In this document: positions 48,314 to 60,659 of the stretch, piece after piece
Layout: every line of letters begins with the position of its first letter
Position numbering within the stretch: position 1 is the first letter of the stretch
Origin: Hormiphora californensis
Lineage: Eukaryota; Animalia; Ctenophora
DNA: 64,000 bases
Assembly: GCA_020137815.1 (NCBI GenBank)
Contig: CM035360.1
Location: forward strand, 4,526,001-4,590,000
Reading direction: 5' to 3'
Notes under the pieces: model-generated
Told to the model about the DNA's origin: nothing
The model's input: the letters and a program-made list of their open reading frames with translations, nothing else
Database searches by the model: none
Program-made: the position numbers and the translations under genes

Positions 48314-50135
48314 ATGTGGTTTAACCATCGGCCTCTCGAGATCTGTCTAGAAGTCGGTGCCTCTCAGTCACTCCATAGTAGCCGCCAGGGAGAGAGACCG
48401 TGATCGTAGTTATCTAATCACTCATATGTCTCTCTCCACCTAGGAATACGGAGTACAACACGCCCCTGGATGCCAAGAAAATCACCCAAAGCCGGTGGAA
48501 AAGTTTCCTGAAAACCAAATCCAGCTCAACAAGGCCACGCTCTGCAGTAACAGTTGCTGCAGCTTTTACACAAGGTAGGGAGGCGAATCTGGTGGAAGCC
48601 TGTCTGGCGGCGCCTACCCGATCTGGCGCCGTCAGACAGGTAAAAGCTAAAATAATCACTTCTTCTGCTTCCCGGTCTCTTTGTTTGTTTGTTTGTTTGT
48701 TTGTTTGTCACTAAACCATGGGGTACGCTCAGCAAACCTCCATACCAACCCGGGTATGTTGTAACTATGGCGCTGAGTCCCTTTCTCTCTCTCGCTGGGA
48801 GAGACTCATGGTTTATTGTTCTGGAACATTTGAGAGGATCTCGGTCCTTTAGGTAACGTGTTGCCTTTGAGAGAGTCTTGGTCGGGTAGGTAACATTTTG
48901 CCTTTGAGATGGTCTTGCTCAAGAGTCAGGACAAGACCATCCCGGTCTCTTTGACTCCAGCTGGTTTTCTTGTTGAGTCGCAACGCAAGGCTTCACGCCC
49001 CATAAACAATTCAGTTACCAACTCACCAAAACATGTGTATCCTCCAGGTTTCAGTAAGATGGCTGCTGAACACCAAGAAAAACAGGACCGGCCAAGTACC
49101 ACCCCAGCCGGGGCAACAGCCGGGGGAGACAACCAGGGAGGAGAGAGACGCCGGCCATCCACCTCTCCTGGCCACATGGAGCTTAGTGCTACCAACATGA
49201 GGTCAAAATTCTGTTTCGTAGCGGAGAACAAGGCAGAGGCGCTGACACAGCAGCTGAAGGCGATGGAGAGAAGTCGGTCTGCGGCTTGTAGGAAGAAGTT
49301 TACTACTCTAGAGCTGACCGGAGTACTTACCAAGGACCTCCAGGTTGGGAAACTGAATTTGAATTGTTCTAAATTGGAGACAAACATTGTCCTCTAAAAC
49401 AATTCTGGCAGATTCTACCGTAAATTTAGCCATCCTTTATTCTATGTCATTTTAAAGCACTATTATAACAGGACATGAGGGCAAGTGTGGCGTTAGACAC
49501 GGAAGACACAGCTCGGAGGAAGATTCTCTACAACTTTCACTGGTTCGATGATTTACTGGCTGATCTACCATGTAATAGAGATGAACCTAAGTTCCTTTCT
49601 GCACTTCAAAAACTTCACGGTATGAAATGTGTTGATACTAAATGGACGCTTGATTTGTATGTAATGCAAGGAAATTATACCTTGTCTACTAAAAAGTCCT
49701 GCCGACAACTGAGCTGCCCCTACTTTATGAAGCATATCAAATTGAATCCTAACTCCCATCTCCCTCTCAGCCCTAGCACAGTCACCGCTGGCAGTTAAGC
49801 GATTTACAAAGGAACGCTTTTACTCGATAGTTCAAACACTACGGGAATGGGAGCTTGGCTTACCTGAAGTCAACAATACAATTAGGGTAAGAGCTGCAAA
49901 GAATTAATAAATCCATACATTTATCAATTCTATATAATTCCTAGTCGTCCTGTGAAACATTTGTTATATCCCCTACAAGAAATTGCTATGTCCCTACTTC
50001 CTCTTTTCCCATCTAATCCCTCATTCATTAACAAACAACATCCCTCTCCCGCAGTTTATTCGTGAGAGGGTGATATTTCTAGCGGAGGGTGACTACCAAG
50101 AATGGTTTAAACACCACTACAACACTGGAAAATAA
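48314..50135 (+). CDS. Uncharacterised protein, ~314 aa, 6 exons
   Basis: Exons 48314-48399, 48444-48574, 48961-49343, 49472-49619, 49771-49886 and 50055-50135 join in phase. Disordered RP(S)T-rich N-terminal half, helical C-terminal domain. Confidence 0.7.
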
Positions 50136-51239
50136 ACAGCGGGGGTCGCAGTTCACAGATAAAGTGTTAAGTGTTGGGTATTGGTGAATGGTGATAGAGA
50201 AAGTTGTTTAGAAAGGGATGGGGTCCTAGTGGGTATCAGACTAGTTGTCTGACAGTGGGACAGTTTCATTGTAAATATTTATAAGAGCGTGTTCGTAATA
50301 TTGTGAATATGTATGTGTTATAAAGTTGTACAAAGATACGGGGATAGGATATCTTGATCCCAACATAAGTATAGTGTGTTAAGAACTAAGTTGTATACTG
50401 TTTGTGTATGTATTGTGGTATGATAGCTTAGACATAGTTTATAATTATAATTTATCTCGTTGAACGTGATATAGTATGAAGTTGCGCTTCCCGAAAAATG
50501 AGGGAATTCCTTACCGTTGTAACAAAGCGTTATTTATTTGGTGTATAATAATGGTCTATAATATTTACAGTTCATTTAATAAACCAATTGTCGTGATTTC
50601 AAGCGTGAATGTGACGGTGAGTCGTCATCAATTCATCAAACATCAAACAAAATCGATGAATTTCATTGGTGACGCGGTCCCCCCTCCACTAGGGCCGCGC
50701 GAAGCGCGGCAACGAAGCCGGCGAAGCCGGCTGAGTGGAGATGATAATAGGGGATGTCATCACCAATGAATTTCATAGAATTTGAATGTTCAGATGCTGT
50801 TCAGCTGTTGAAGCATGCTTAACGCGCATTGTGAGTGCTGACATCAACTTTACATTGAGAGTGGGTCGTTGCGCGCCACTCTGATACTGAATACGAAACT
50901 GCACCACCGCTTAACTTCTGGCCCCGGAACCACCTCTGATCTTGTCTTGTTGAGTCAGAGATCTGACGAGAAAATAGAAATAGACATGTACCAATCCCAT
51001 GATACATAACGGGCAGAATTAAATTGGTGTTCATCTACTCAGGGTAAACATTACAAATCCAGACAGCCAAACTTAAGAAACGAAAGAAATGTAGAAAACG
51101 GTACAATTGGAATCTCAACTTACAATTTCAGTCCGAAATAGTCCCCACTCCCCATCTCTTGATAACTAAACAAATATCAAGATGACTTCGAAGAACTGCC
51201 TATTCCACTTAACATGAACTGATTACAAAGCTGTTGTTG

Positions 51240-53155
51240 TCATTTTAGTGAGTTATTGCTGTGAATATTTCCAGAGGGGACACGGACTATTGGGGCAATT
51301 CGGGCAACACTAGCTGAACCACTCCGGTCAGAGCTTGAAGAGGTGTCTGTCCACCGTCTACCTAGGGTTCCTGAGGGATATCATGGGGGTCGTGTTAGTT
51401 GGGGATCAATAAAATACACATTTAGATAGATATTTGTCTGATTAATTAATCACAGGTACATCCATGTGATATTTTCTCACCCCCCCCCTGGCCCCACCGA
51501 TAAATTGCACCACCCTCCCCATTGCTTCTAAGAGAAACTGACCGTGTGAGAACTTCGTGGCAGGATCCTGATACTCTCCGAATGTGAACCCGACCTCCGC
51601 ATTATGGTACACAGGTACGGGTGTCTCCGGGTCATCCCCATACTCAGGGAGTGGGGTCTCCGGGTCGGGTTGGGCGTATACGGGTGTTTCGGGCTGGGAG
51701 GCGTAACCTGGCACTGGGGTCTCAGGGACAGTCTGGTTCATTAGGGACTCGTCAGGTTCTGAAGGAGGTAAATATCAGCGATACAGGAGCTGATTATAGA
51801 TACCAGTTCTTGTTCCATTCGGGTGAAAACAGTAAAACATGTCTCTGATCAGTGCACGCAGTTGCCAAACCAGGTTGGAACAATTCTGTGCCAACTTCAT
51901 GTATTGTGTGGTAATGACATTACCCCCCCCCCCCCCCTTGCGAGCGCCCTAGTGGGGTGACTTCGCAACCAAATGTATTGTTAACTCGTATACTTACGAC
52001 AATAGTACATGTCATCATTAGTGATAGTGGCAGTTGATCGGCTCATGTTGTTAGGTTCAGCGTACTGGATATTAGCTACCTGTAACATGTACACATGTTT
52101 TTACGCTGGAAACGAAGCTAGTGATATCGTACATGTTTGGGCTGTCTGGCAGCACCATACCCCGAACCGTTTTGATTTGACAGTGCGCTTAGATCGCCCA
52201 GATCGGTGACGCCAGACAGTATTAGGGTCGGAGGGGGTTCCAGTTTCCTACCTGGTTGTTTCTCCTCCTATCCAGTGAGTCGTAGATGCTCTCCCTGGTG
52301 GTGGACATGGCAGTTGTGGACATTTCGCCTCCACTGTGGACTGAATACCGGTCCTGGTTGGCATAGTACGAGTTTGGACCTGTGTGGAGGGTAAGAGAGA
52401 AGGTCATATCAGCTGGGATAGTTGGATAAAATCAAAGATATGTATGCTTACAATTTGTTTCCGTGACAGTGAAATCCCGTCGCACACACCCAATTGCAAT
52501 CTCACTGCCCAAATCTACCCTACAAAATGTGTTGTAACTACCTACCCCTATCTACCCATCAATATACTCACGGAGGAGGCTGGGTGTGCTGACAGCGTGT
52601 GATACATCATGCATTGGAACTATCTGGTGCTTCGGTCGATTCAACAGGTCAACTGCCACATTAGCCTGAATGTGAAATGGAAATGATTATTCATTAGACT
52701 TAATTTTGGGTGCAGAGGAGGGCTAGTCACCACTTGTTGAGTAACCCCTAATACTCAAGAAGTCACTACTGGATTATTCATTTTCGCATGTGACACAGTG
52801 AGATAGACTCGACCGCAGCAGCTGCAAGAGTGCAGCAGGTATTATAATGTTAAATCTTTGCAGCACAGAGAATCTCTCAGCACATTGCACGTAACGTGTG
52901 TTTGGAGCTGTTTTAACAATCTTCAAATTCTCTCTCTTTCTCTCACTTTCTCTATCCCTCTCTCTGTGTGTCTCAACCTTCAGCTTTCTATCCTAAATCT
53001 GATCCATCTCCAATCTCTCAACTCCAAACCCTACATCGCGGCTCATGACACTACACACCGTATACACGGGTGACGCCAACTTGTTCCTATCGCCGCCAAG
53101 AGAACGCGGGAGAGGGGTGTTGACATGATTAGAGTGTACACAGTTAGGAAACTTG

Positions 53156-53219
<64 letters not shown>

Positions 53220-56200
53220 GGAGAGAGAGAGAGAGAAAGATGGATAATGGAAGGGAGAACCTTGTGTCTGCACTGTTCTTTGCATGTGCACATTCATGAC
53301 ATGATCATCGCTGACATAATGACATCATATCTGTAGCAGTAATAATAATGTGTGGTGTTATACCACGGATCTGATAACCTCCGGAATGACATATAGCCAC
53401 AACTTTATGATTGGGAACTACTGCACAATATAAATATCCTACTGAAACAGGATCCTATCCAAAATCATGTACTTACATTGAGGAGAGGACCGGAGATGGA
53501 GTTTCTGTTTAAACTGATGGCGGATATCCGTCTATCTCTAGATCTAGAGTGGGTGGACTGGGCACCTGTAGAAAGACAAACTGCAGGGGTCAGGGATGTT
53601 TTGTATTAACAGAGTCTCGAAAAGTCTCTATAAATCAGCTTATAAAGACCGGTCAAGCAAGTTGTTACCGGTAGATGATGTCCGATATTGTGCTGGGGTT
53701 GTGATTGTTGCCCTCTTATCCATCCTGAAGTAACCACGCTTGTAACACGTACTGTTGCTGAAACGAATCACTTTGTTCAGTTGTCTGGCGACAGTTGAGC
53801 ACACTGTTGTCTGTCTCAGACCCCGTTTTGATACTCAATCGACAGTGCGCTCAGATCGACCGGTACGCACCATCGGACAGACTAGAAATCATATTGGGGG
53901 AGGTCGAGGGGTCAGGGGGTGCAGTGATTTGCTATTATCAGTGGACGCTGGGAGATTGTGAAGAATTGCTACTGCATATATGCGTCATCAACACATTTAG
54001 TCCACTTCCCCTGCACCTATAATTACCTGAATGACCCCTCCCACTACGAACCTCATACCCCAAATGAGCCTGGAAGTGACCTAATTAGCCTGTAAGTGAC
54101 CTAATGACCTAGAGTGTGATGTCATCATGTGTTCTCATTGACAGAAACACACTTGATATCACTAGACTGATCTAAGCTGGTGTATGGAAGTCATTCATGT
54201 GCTGGAAATGAGGGATAACAAGGGAGAAAGAGGTAGATAGTGATAAAATAGAGAGAGAGAGAGAGAGAGGGGGGAGAGGGAAAAAAGAGAGGGGAAAAAA
54301 GAAGTTAGAGGGGTAAGATTGGGAGAGAGGGAAAGGGGCCCGGGAGAAGGGTGGTGCAGAAGAGACCCTTAAAAGGGGATTTGGGGTTGGCTGAGACCCC
54401 AGGATGACCGACGACGAGCGGAGAGACCGAGGGACCGGAGAGGGGAGGGAAAGGGAGGTGGAGAGGAGAGGAGAGGACGAGAGGGACGAGATGAGGAGAG
54501 GCGAAAAGGGAGAGGGAAGAGAAAGGGAAATTTCTGTAGTACCTTTTTTAGGGTTTGACCGCCTTTCCACGGAGTCCCCCCCTCCCGAAATCTTTTTCCC
54601 CCGGATCGCACCACCTACTCCGCCATCGGGCCCCCATCCCCCCCCTCCCCGGGATGTAGGTAAGAGAGATCTCGATGACGGGAAATAGAGACACAGCTTA
54701 AACAAAATTTCGGAGTAGTATACCGGAAACAATTTGGAGACTAAGGTTAAGCAGCCCGACGAAAGTAAATATTTACCAAATAAAAGAAATGGGGAGGTTC
54801 TTAATCCATGCAAATCAGGGAAAAAATGTATCAGTCCGGGGTTGACTTATTGAGTGATCGGTATGAAATGGAGGAGCACTGCTATTGCCAACCATAAACA
54901 GGGTAAATGGTAACTATTGTTTTTGATTTTTGAGTCCCTAATTCTCACCAGGTTATTTTGTGGCAGTAGAGGAGGATGGCGAAGAGGAGAAGAAGTAGAC
55001 CAAGCATTACTGCAGCCCCAGTAACCATGGCAACAACTGCAGGGAAGATAACACGGATGTCATTACAAGCGAAAGGGCCCTTACAAGCTGAAATATTAGG
55101 AAATAATGAACTTGGGAGTTTATTATGGCTATGCTGAGCAACTCTGGTCTAGCTCGTATCAATAGCACTTACTTTCACAACGAAATAATACAGGACGCAA
55201 CACACGTTCTACTGCGAATAGCACTTACTTTCATTGTTTGTCGAGAAAAGTGTAGGATTTGGATTCTTTAACTGGGCAGTCATCTTTTCAACAGATGAAT
55301 CTGAAATGTTTTAGAATCAGTACGTTACAGACAGAGTTTTTTTGTGTGCTTCTGTCAAGTCTCTTAGCACCTCATTCCCCTGAGCACATAAAGATTAGTT
55401 TCATAGTTAGAGGTCGTGTCTTTGAAACTGTCAACTTTCAGAGGAAAAGCCAGACAAAAAGCTGTTCTACAGATTTTTTAGTTCAGTAATGTACTATTCC
55501 ATGGTAAAACCTATTCCATGGTAAAACCTACCAATGAACAGTTGGGCTACGGCTAAAGACATACAAATTGAAAGCTTCAATAAAACCTACTTGTGGTGTG
55601 GTTTGGTGGAGGGTTTGTTACCACAGCGAACAGCGTGGTATCAATCTGGCATGATTCAGTGTTATCATCCCATTGGTAACCATGGTAACAGGAACACTGA
55701 ACACTATCCTGGTAACTACACACTTGATCACAGCCCCCATTCCGCTCACTACACGGGCTCACCTCTGCAATTGGGGAGGGTGGTTATTATATCGGCAGGT
55801 GCTGCTGATGCAGTTGAGGATTTAACCCGAAACAACATTTCATCCATCGTTTTAGTTAACATCCACCCAAACTTTTGACTCAGAGTTCAGACAGCTAACA
55901 ATCTAAACTCTGATTTCTGAACCTCTCTAACTCAGAGTTCAGACAGCTAACAATCTAAACTCTCTCTAAACCTACCATAGTAACACAGGTTTAACACCTC
56001 TGTCAAGGTCTCTGCAGTCCGTAGAATGAGTTCAGAGACTTTGGTATTTGCCACTTGCTGACACTTATCAGCCTTCCTGCAGGGCACAAACAGGGCGTGA
56101 CTTAATGCAGTATGGACAATATAATACTAGTATATGCCGGTATGATTATATATACAATTAGCAGTTAGAACATTCCCCCTCTTACTGCACAGTGCCCACT

Positions 56201-56948
56201 CCTGCACGTCTGTAAGAAAAGCGATAATCCAGACGTGCAAGATTAGGGCACTGCACAGAATCAGACAGGCAGGTAATTTGTCTGGCACCTGATAAGGACG
56301 AATGGAGGTTGAAATGGCATGGTAACAGGGTCTGCAAGGAAGGACGAGCAACATAGTGAGGTACTTCCAAAGGAACTGGAGCGTTCTAGGTCACCTGGAA
56401 ATGAAAGACATGATTGATGGGAGAATCACGTCGTCAAAATGACATGATATGATCGTCACAAACACGCACATTTAGATAAAATTAGAATCACAAATCCAAA
56501 ATTTCTCACTGAACGATTGTTACCTGATTCAAAACTGAATGATTGTTCATCAAAATTTTTAGGGCACAAAGATCTCCCCTTGAACAAACAATAATCTCCC
56601 CGAGGCAGCCTATTTGTGAGACCATCGTGGGCTTCACAAAACTTTAGTGTAGCTTCCCTGTCTGATTTCTTTATCTTGAGTGGATCTGGCATGGTGATTG
56701 TCAAGCCCTCCTGAAACACAAGGATATTTATACGGAGTGGATGATCATTTTGATTCAGAAATCAGAGTGATAGCTACCGCATTTTTCATATTATTAGTGA
56801 AACATACTGGGTTGCGGTAGAATAACCATCCGTGGGGTGATGTTCCGATGGGACAATAAAACTGGTTGGCTGTTGAGATCATCTGATTTAGGTAGAGAGT
56901 CCGAGATCCTTTCGCAAGGACCGATAGAAGAAAGCATATCACAATCAT
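51240..56948 (-). CDS. Type-I membrane protein: signal peptide, ApeC (apextrin C-terminal) domain, EGF, TM, Tyr-motif cytoplasmic tail (~565 aa, 13 exons)
   Basis: Exons 56948-56778, 56710-56524, 56394-56289, 56076-55976, 55764-55591, 55087-54949, 53757-53669, 53565-53477, 52665-52572, 52379-52252, 52079-51998, 51758-51543 and 51361-51240 all join in phase with GT-AG. ApeC hallmarks CP.G...GW, LKFC, LPRGDYCLFK....CPKNF, LCC, PFVLIR..KCQQV, LCYY. EGF CSERNGGCDQVC...CSCYHGY...C. TM VIFPAVVAMVTGAAVMLGLLLLLFAILLYC. Confidence 0.85.
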
Positions 56949-57138
56949 TTTTATAAACCTTATCAAAGAGAAAAAGATGAAGCCGATACACGACACATTT
57001 AAACGCATTTGATATCATAAAGATTGGTTATTTCACTTATGGCTTATACCGAAAAACCTCTCCAAACGAAAGCTGTTTATTTTGTCGATTGATAGCGGGG
57101 TTTTAACTCCGGTTCCTGATAAGAATAGATTTGAAGTC

Positions 57139-58524
57139 TCTATCTTACCATGTACTCGAGATATCGCAGAAATAAATGTTGCCAAAACAAATGGGATAGA
57201 GAGGTACATAAATAAAAGAGGTACATCAAATAAAATAAATCAAATAAAAGGGATGTAAATTGTATACAGCGCATGCTAAACGGCTTGGCATACGCTGCAG
57301 GCCCCTCTAACAAGGGAGTCCGACAGAATTTCGCTTGCACTGAAAATAAATTTCAAATTCTCAGAGTTTCCGAGTTGAAAAGTTCGCGATCGCACTCGAT
57401 TTTCATCTGGCGCGCAAATCAATTGTTTTGCGCGCGTAGGGTTTTTGTCAGCGCGCGCGATTTGAAAATGTTCGCGATCCAAAGAATTCAATTTTTTGGA
57501 CCAAAAGACCTTTTTCAGGTCGTTTTCGCAGTTTGAAAGTCTTAACTCTCATACAATCACCTGAAGCGCGGACCTCCCACCGTTATAGGGACATAAATTG
57601 TATAAAAACAGGTCGCCTTCGCATCCTGTACTTCTAAACACTGGCTAAAAACTACTTTCAGCACAACAAAAGGAATCAAGAGTGAACAATGCTGTCAATA
57701 TTTTCTACTTTGGAAGAGTTAAGGGAGGCTCCCGATGAGGAAATCGTCAGGAGCCTGTTTTCTGTGGAACGTGCAATGGTTGTGCAATATTTCCTGGAGC
57801 TTCGAAACCAAACAAACCAATCCATAGACAATACAATATCCGACTTGTCCGTGATGTCATCCATTGATGACATCTGCCAAGCTCCAGATAGAACCATAGC
57901 TGCTGAGCTGCTCTATGCCCAGGGAGATTTGGTCGTTGCAGCCATACTGAAATTGAGAAGGAGTAAAGTAAAGCTTAGTGTACCATCTCAGCCGTGTGCA
58001 CCTCCTACTGCTAAAGTACCACTGCCTGCAGCACCACAACCTACTTCACAACATAAAGTACCTGCAGCACCACAACCCAGTGCACCGTCACCTTGTCCAC
58101 CACCATACTTTAATGAGGAGCCGCTTCCTTCTTTCAGTGGTAACTATACTTTATAGCGTTATCAGACCATGGAATATATACTGTACCGCTTAGTTTGATA
58201 TCTGCTCTTTCTCAGGAGGATCACGCATACAGCCGTTTGGATATGATTTGGACGCCAATACTACGAAAATCAAGTTAAAAGGTTGCCATGGTTACAGTTT
58301 AACGCCTGATAAACCACCATTTCCATACACATTTGAAGTTGCCTTGGATTCTGGAAAAGTTGGATTCAAATCCGGAAAGTTGTATCTATCAGGTAAGAAA
58401 CCAGGAAAAAAATCATCACGCCTCAACTTGGCCCCTAACTTCCAACTAACTTTCCCTCAGCTCAGCCAAATGGAAGTCTCCAGTGGAACCGGCCTCATTT
58501 CCAAATCTGGGAGATGTTTAAAGT
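57139..58524 (+). repeat. Tandem segmental duplication unit (promoter plus first 2.2 exons of the downstream gene)
   Basis: The sequence starting tctatcttaccatgtactcgag at 57139 restarts at 58525. The second copy is interrupted by a LINE and a MITE. Confidence 0.92.
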
Positions 58525-58561
58525 TCTATCTTACCATGTACTCGAGATATCGCAGAAATAA
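57689..58561 (+). pseudogene. Truncated duplicate of the beta-trefoil repeat gene
   Basis: Nearly identical to 60660-61497. Exon 3 is cut after WEMFKV and reads into the duplicated upstream DNA (LSYHVLEISQK*). Confidence 0.8.
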
Positions 58562-58628
58562 ACTTTGCCAAAACAAATGGGATAGAGACGTACACCAAAT
58601 AAAATAAATCAAATAAAAGGGATGTAAA

Positions 58629-60079
58629 GTCAGAAAGAGAATAGCTGATTATTTGGATGAGATGCAGTTACAGAGTAAAACGCAACACGGTTTTCGAAAG
58701 GGACGTAGTACTATGTCCCAACTGTTATCTCATGTTGACTACATCCTAACTGAACTCTGTGGAGATAGAGAAGTTGATGTTCTCTATTTAGACTTTTCTA
58801 AAGCTTTTGATTCGGTGGATATCAATGTGTTGCTAGCTAAGTTGAAAAGGTACGGGATTGGAGGAAAACTTCATCAGTGGATCAGTGCGTGGATCCTGGG
58901 CAGGCAGCAGTGTGTGATGGTGGATGGGGTTAGGTCACCATGGGTGGAGGTGCTCAGCGGGGTGGCGCAGGGTAGTGTCCTGGGCCCTCTCCTCTTCCTT
59001 ATTTATATACTGGACCTGGAATCTGTACTGGATGGTAGTATGTGTCTCACCTTTGCGGATGATACCAAGTTAATGAAAGCCATAACAGATATTGTTGATC
59101 AGGAGGGTTTACAATCTGATCTTTTGAAGGTTACAGAATGGGCCAAGATAAACAATATGGTGCTACATGATCAGAAATTTCAACTCCTGAGTTACAGACT
59201 GAACAAGTCGGCAATCTACAAGGAATTCCCTTTTTCAGTTGACATATGTTCGTATACCACAAAATCTGGAGTACAACTGTTTCCTGAAGCTGATGTCCGT
59301 GACTTGGGTGTCCAGATGTCCTCGGATGGTTCTTGGTCTAAGCACATTGCCACCATTGTGAGGAGAGCCTCTCTCCTATCTGGGTGGATTTTCAGTGTTT
59401 TTCGAGATCGTTCACCAGAGGTAATGTTGCAACTCTTCAAATCACTGGTCAGACCAATTTTGGAGTATTGTTGTCTGGTCTGGGATCCGTCAAAGTCTGG
59501 GGACATCAAGTCAATTGAGAACGTCCAACGGTGTTTTACTAGAAGACTTGATGGAATGCAGAATCTCGACTATTGGGAGAGATTAAAAGTTCTCAACATG
59601 ATGTCTCTTCAACGTAGGAGACAACGTTACATGTTGATACATGTGTGGAAGACGATCCATGGGTTTGTTCCGAATTCTGCAAATCTTGTGTTCCAACACA
59701 GTGCAAGGCTGGGTATGAGGTTAGTCCCACCAGTGTTTCCTTATCGGGCTGAGACCTGGAGAGCGAATCAGTACCATTCTTCCTTCGGACCGAGAGCTGC
59801 TCACCTGTGGAACAGGTTGCCAGCGGCCGTCAACTCTTGCGGAAGCTTAGGTCAATTCAAATCATCCCTGGGCAATTACTTGACAGGCTTTTATGACCGT
59901 CCCCCTGTCAGAGGCTATCCATCACTTCCCAATGATATTTCCCCTCAATGTGCTGTAAATGTCTGAGAGTGGCTGAGAGGTGATACGTGTTTAATTTATT
60001 TAGGTGGACCCACTAAGGGAAGGCCTGTTGTGTACACTAAAACTTTTATTGTAAACTTGTAAACTTGTAAACTTGTAAA
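58629..60079 (+). mobile_element. 5'-truncated CR1-group LINE (RT and C-terminus), young
   Basis: Uninterrupted ORF with QHGFRKGRS, LDFSKAFD, GVAQGSVLGPLLF, FADD, RDLGV, YWERLK..SLQRRR. (AAACTTGT)n tail. The empty site gatgtaaattgtatacagc is visible at ~57252. Confidence 0.96.
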
Positions 60080-60200
60080 TTGTATACAGCGCATGCTAAA
60101 CGGCTTGGCATACGCTGCAGGCCCCTCTAACAGGGGAGTCCGACAGAATTTTGCTTGCACTGAAAATAAATTTCAAATTCTCAGAGTTTCCGAGTTGAAA

Positions 60201-60359
60201 AATGAGGCCCCTCGGAAATGTTCAAGTCATGCACAATCAAGTCACGCCCACCAATCACAGCTCAGAACGCGTGAAGCCCTCCGCGCGTTCTGAGCTGTGA
60301 TTGGTGGGCGTGACTTGATTGTGCATGACTTGAACATTTCTATTCCGAGGGGCCTCATT
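60201..60359. mobile_element. Near-perfect palindromic MITE-like insertion in the promoter
   Basis: aatgaggcccctcggaa...ttccgaggggcctcatt; absent from the paralogous copy at ~57381. Confidence 0.85.
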
Positions 60360-60659
60360 CGCGATCGCACTCGATTTTCATCTGGCGCGCAAATCAATTG
60401 TTTTGCGCGCGTAGGATTTTTGTCAGCGCGCGCGATTTGAAAATGTTCGCGATCGAGATCCAAAGAATTCAATTTTTTGGATCAAAAGACCTTTTTCAGG
60501 TCGTTTTCGCAGTTTGAAAGTCTTAACTCTCATACGATCACCTGAAGCGCGGACCTCCCACCGTTATAGGGTCACAAATTGTATAAAAACAGGTCGCCCT
60601 TACATCCTGTACTGGCTAAAAACTACTTTCAGCACCACAAAAGGAATCAAGAGTGAACA

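Noticed and set aside
54172-54813. 213-aa ORF and GC/purine-rich stretch in an ApeC-gene intron
   Set aside because: Low-complexity, noisy GA tract resembling poor consensus; the flanking exons join in phase without it.
56127-56290. Apparent stop or frameshift in the ApeC domain
   Set aside because: Resolved by the intron 56288-56077 (AG|gtgcca...gcag|G), giving PFVLIRKADKCQQV.
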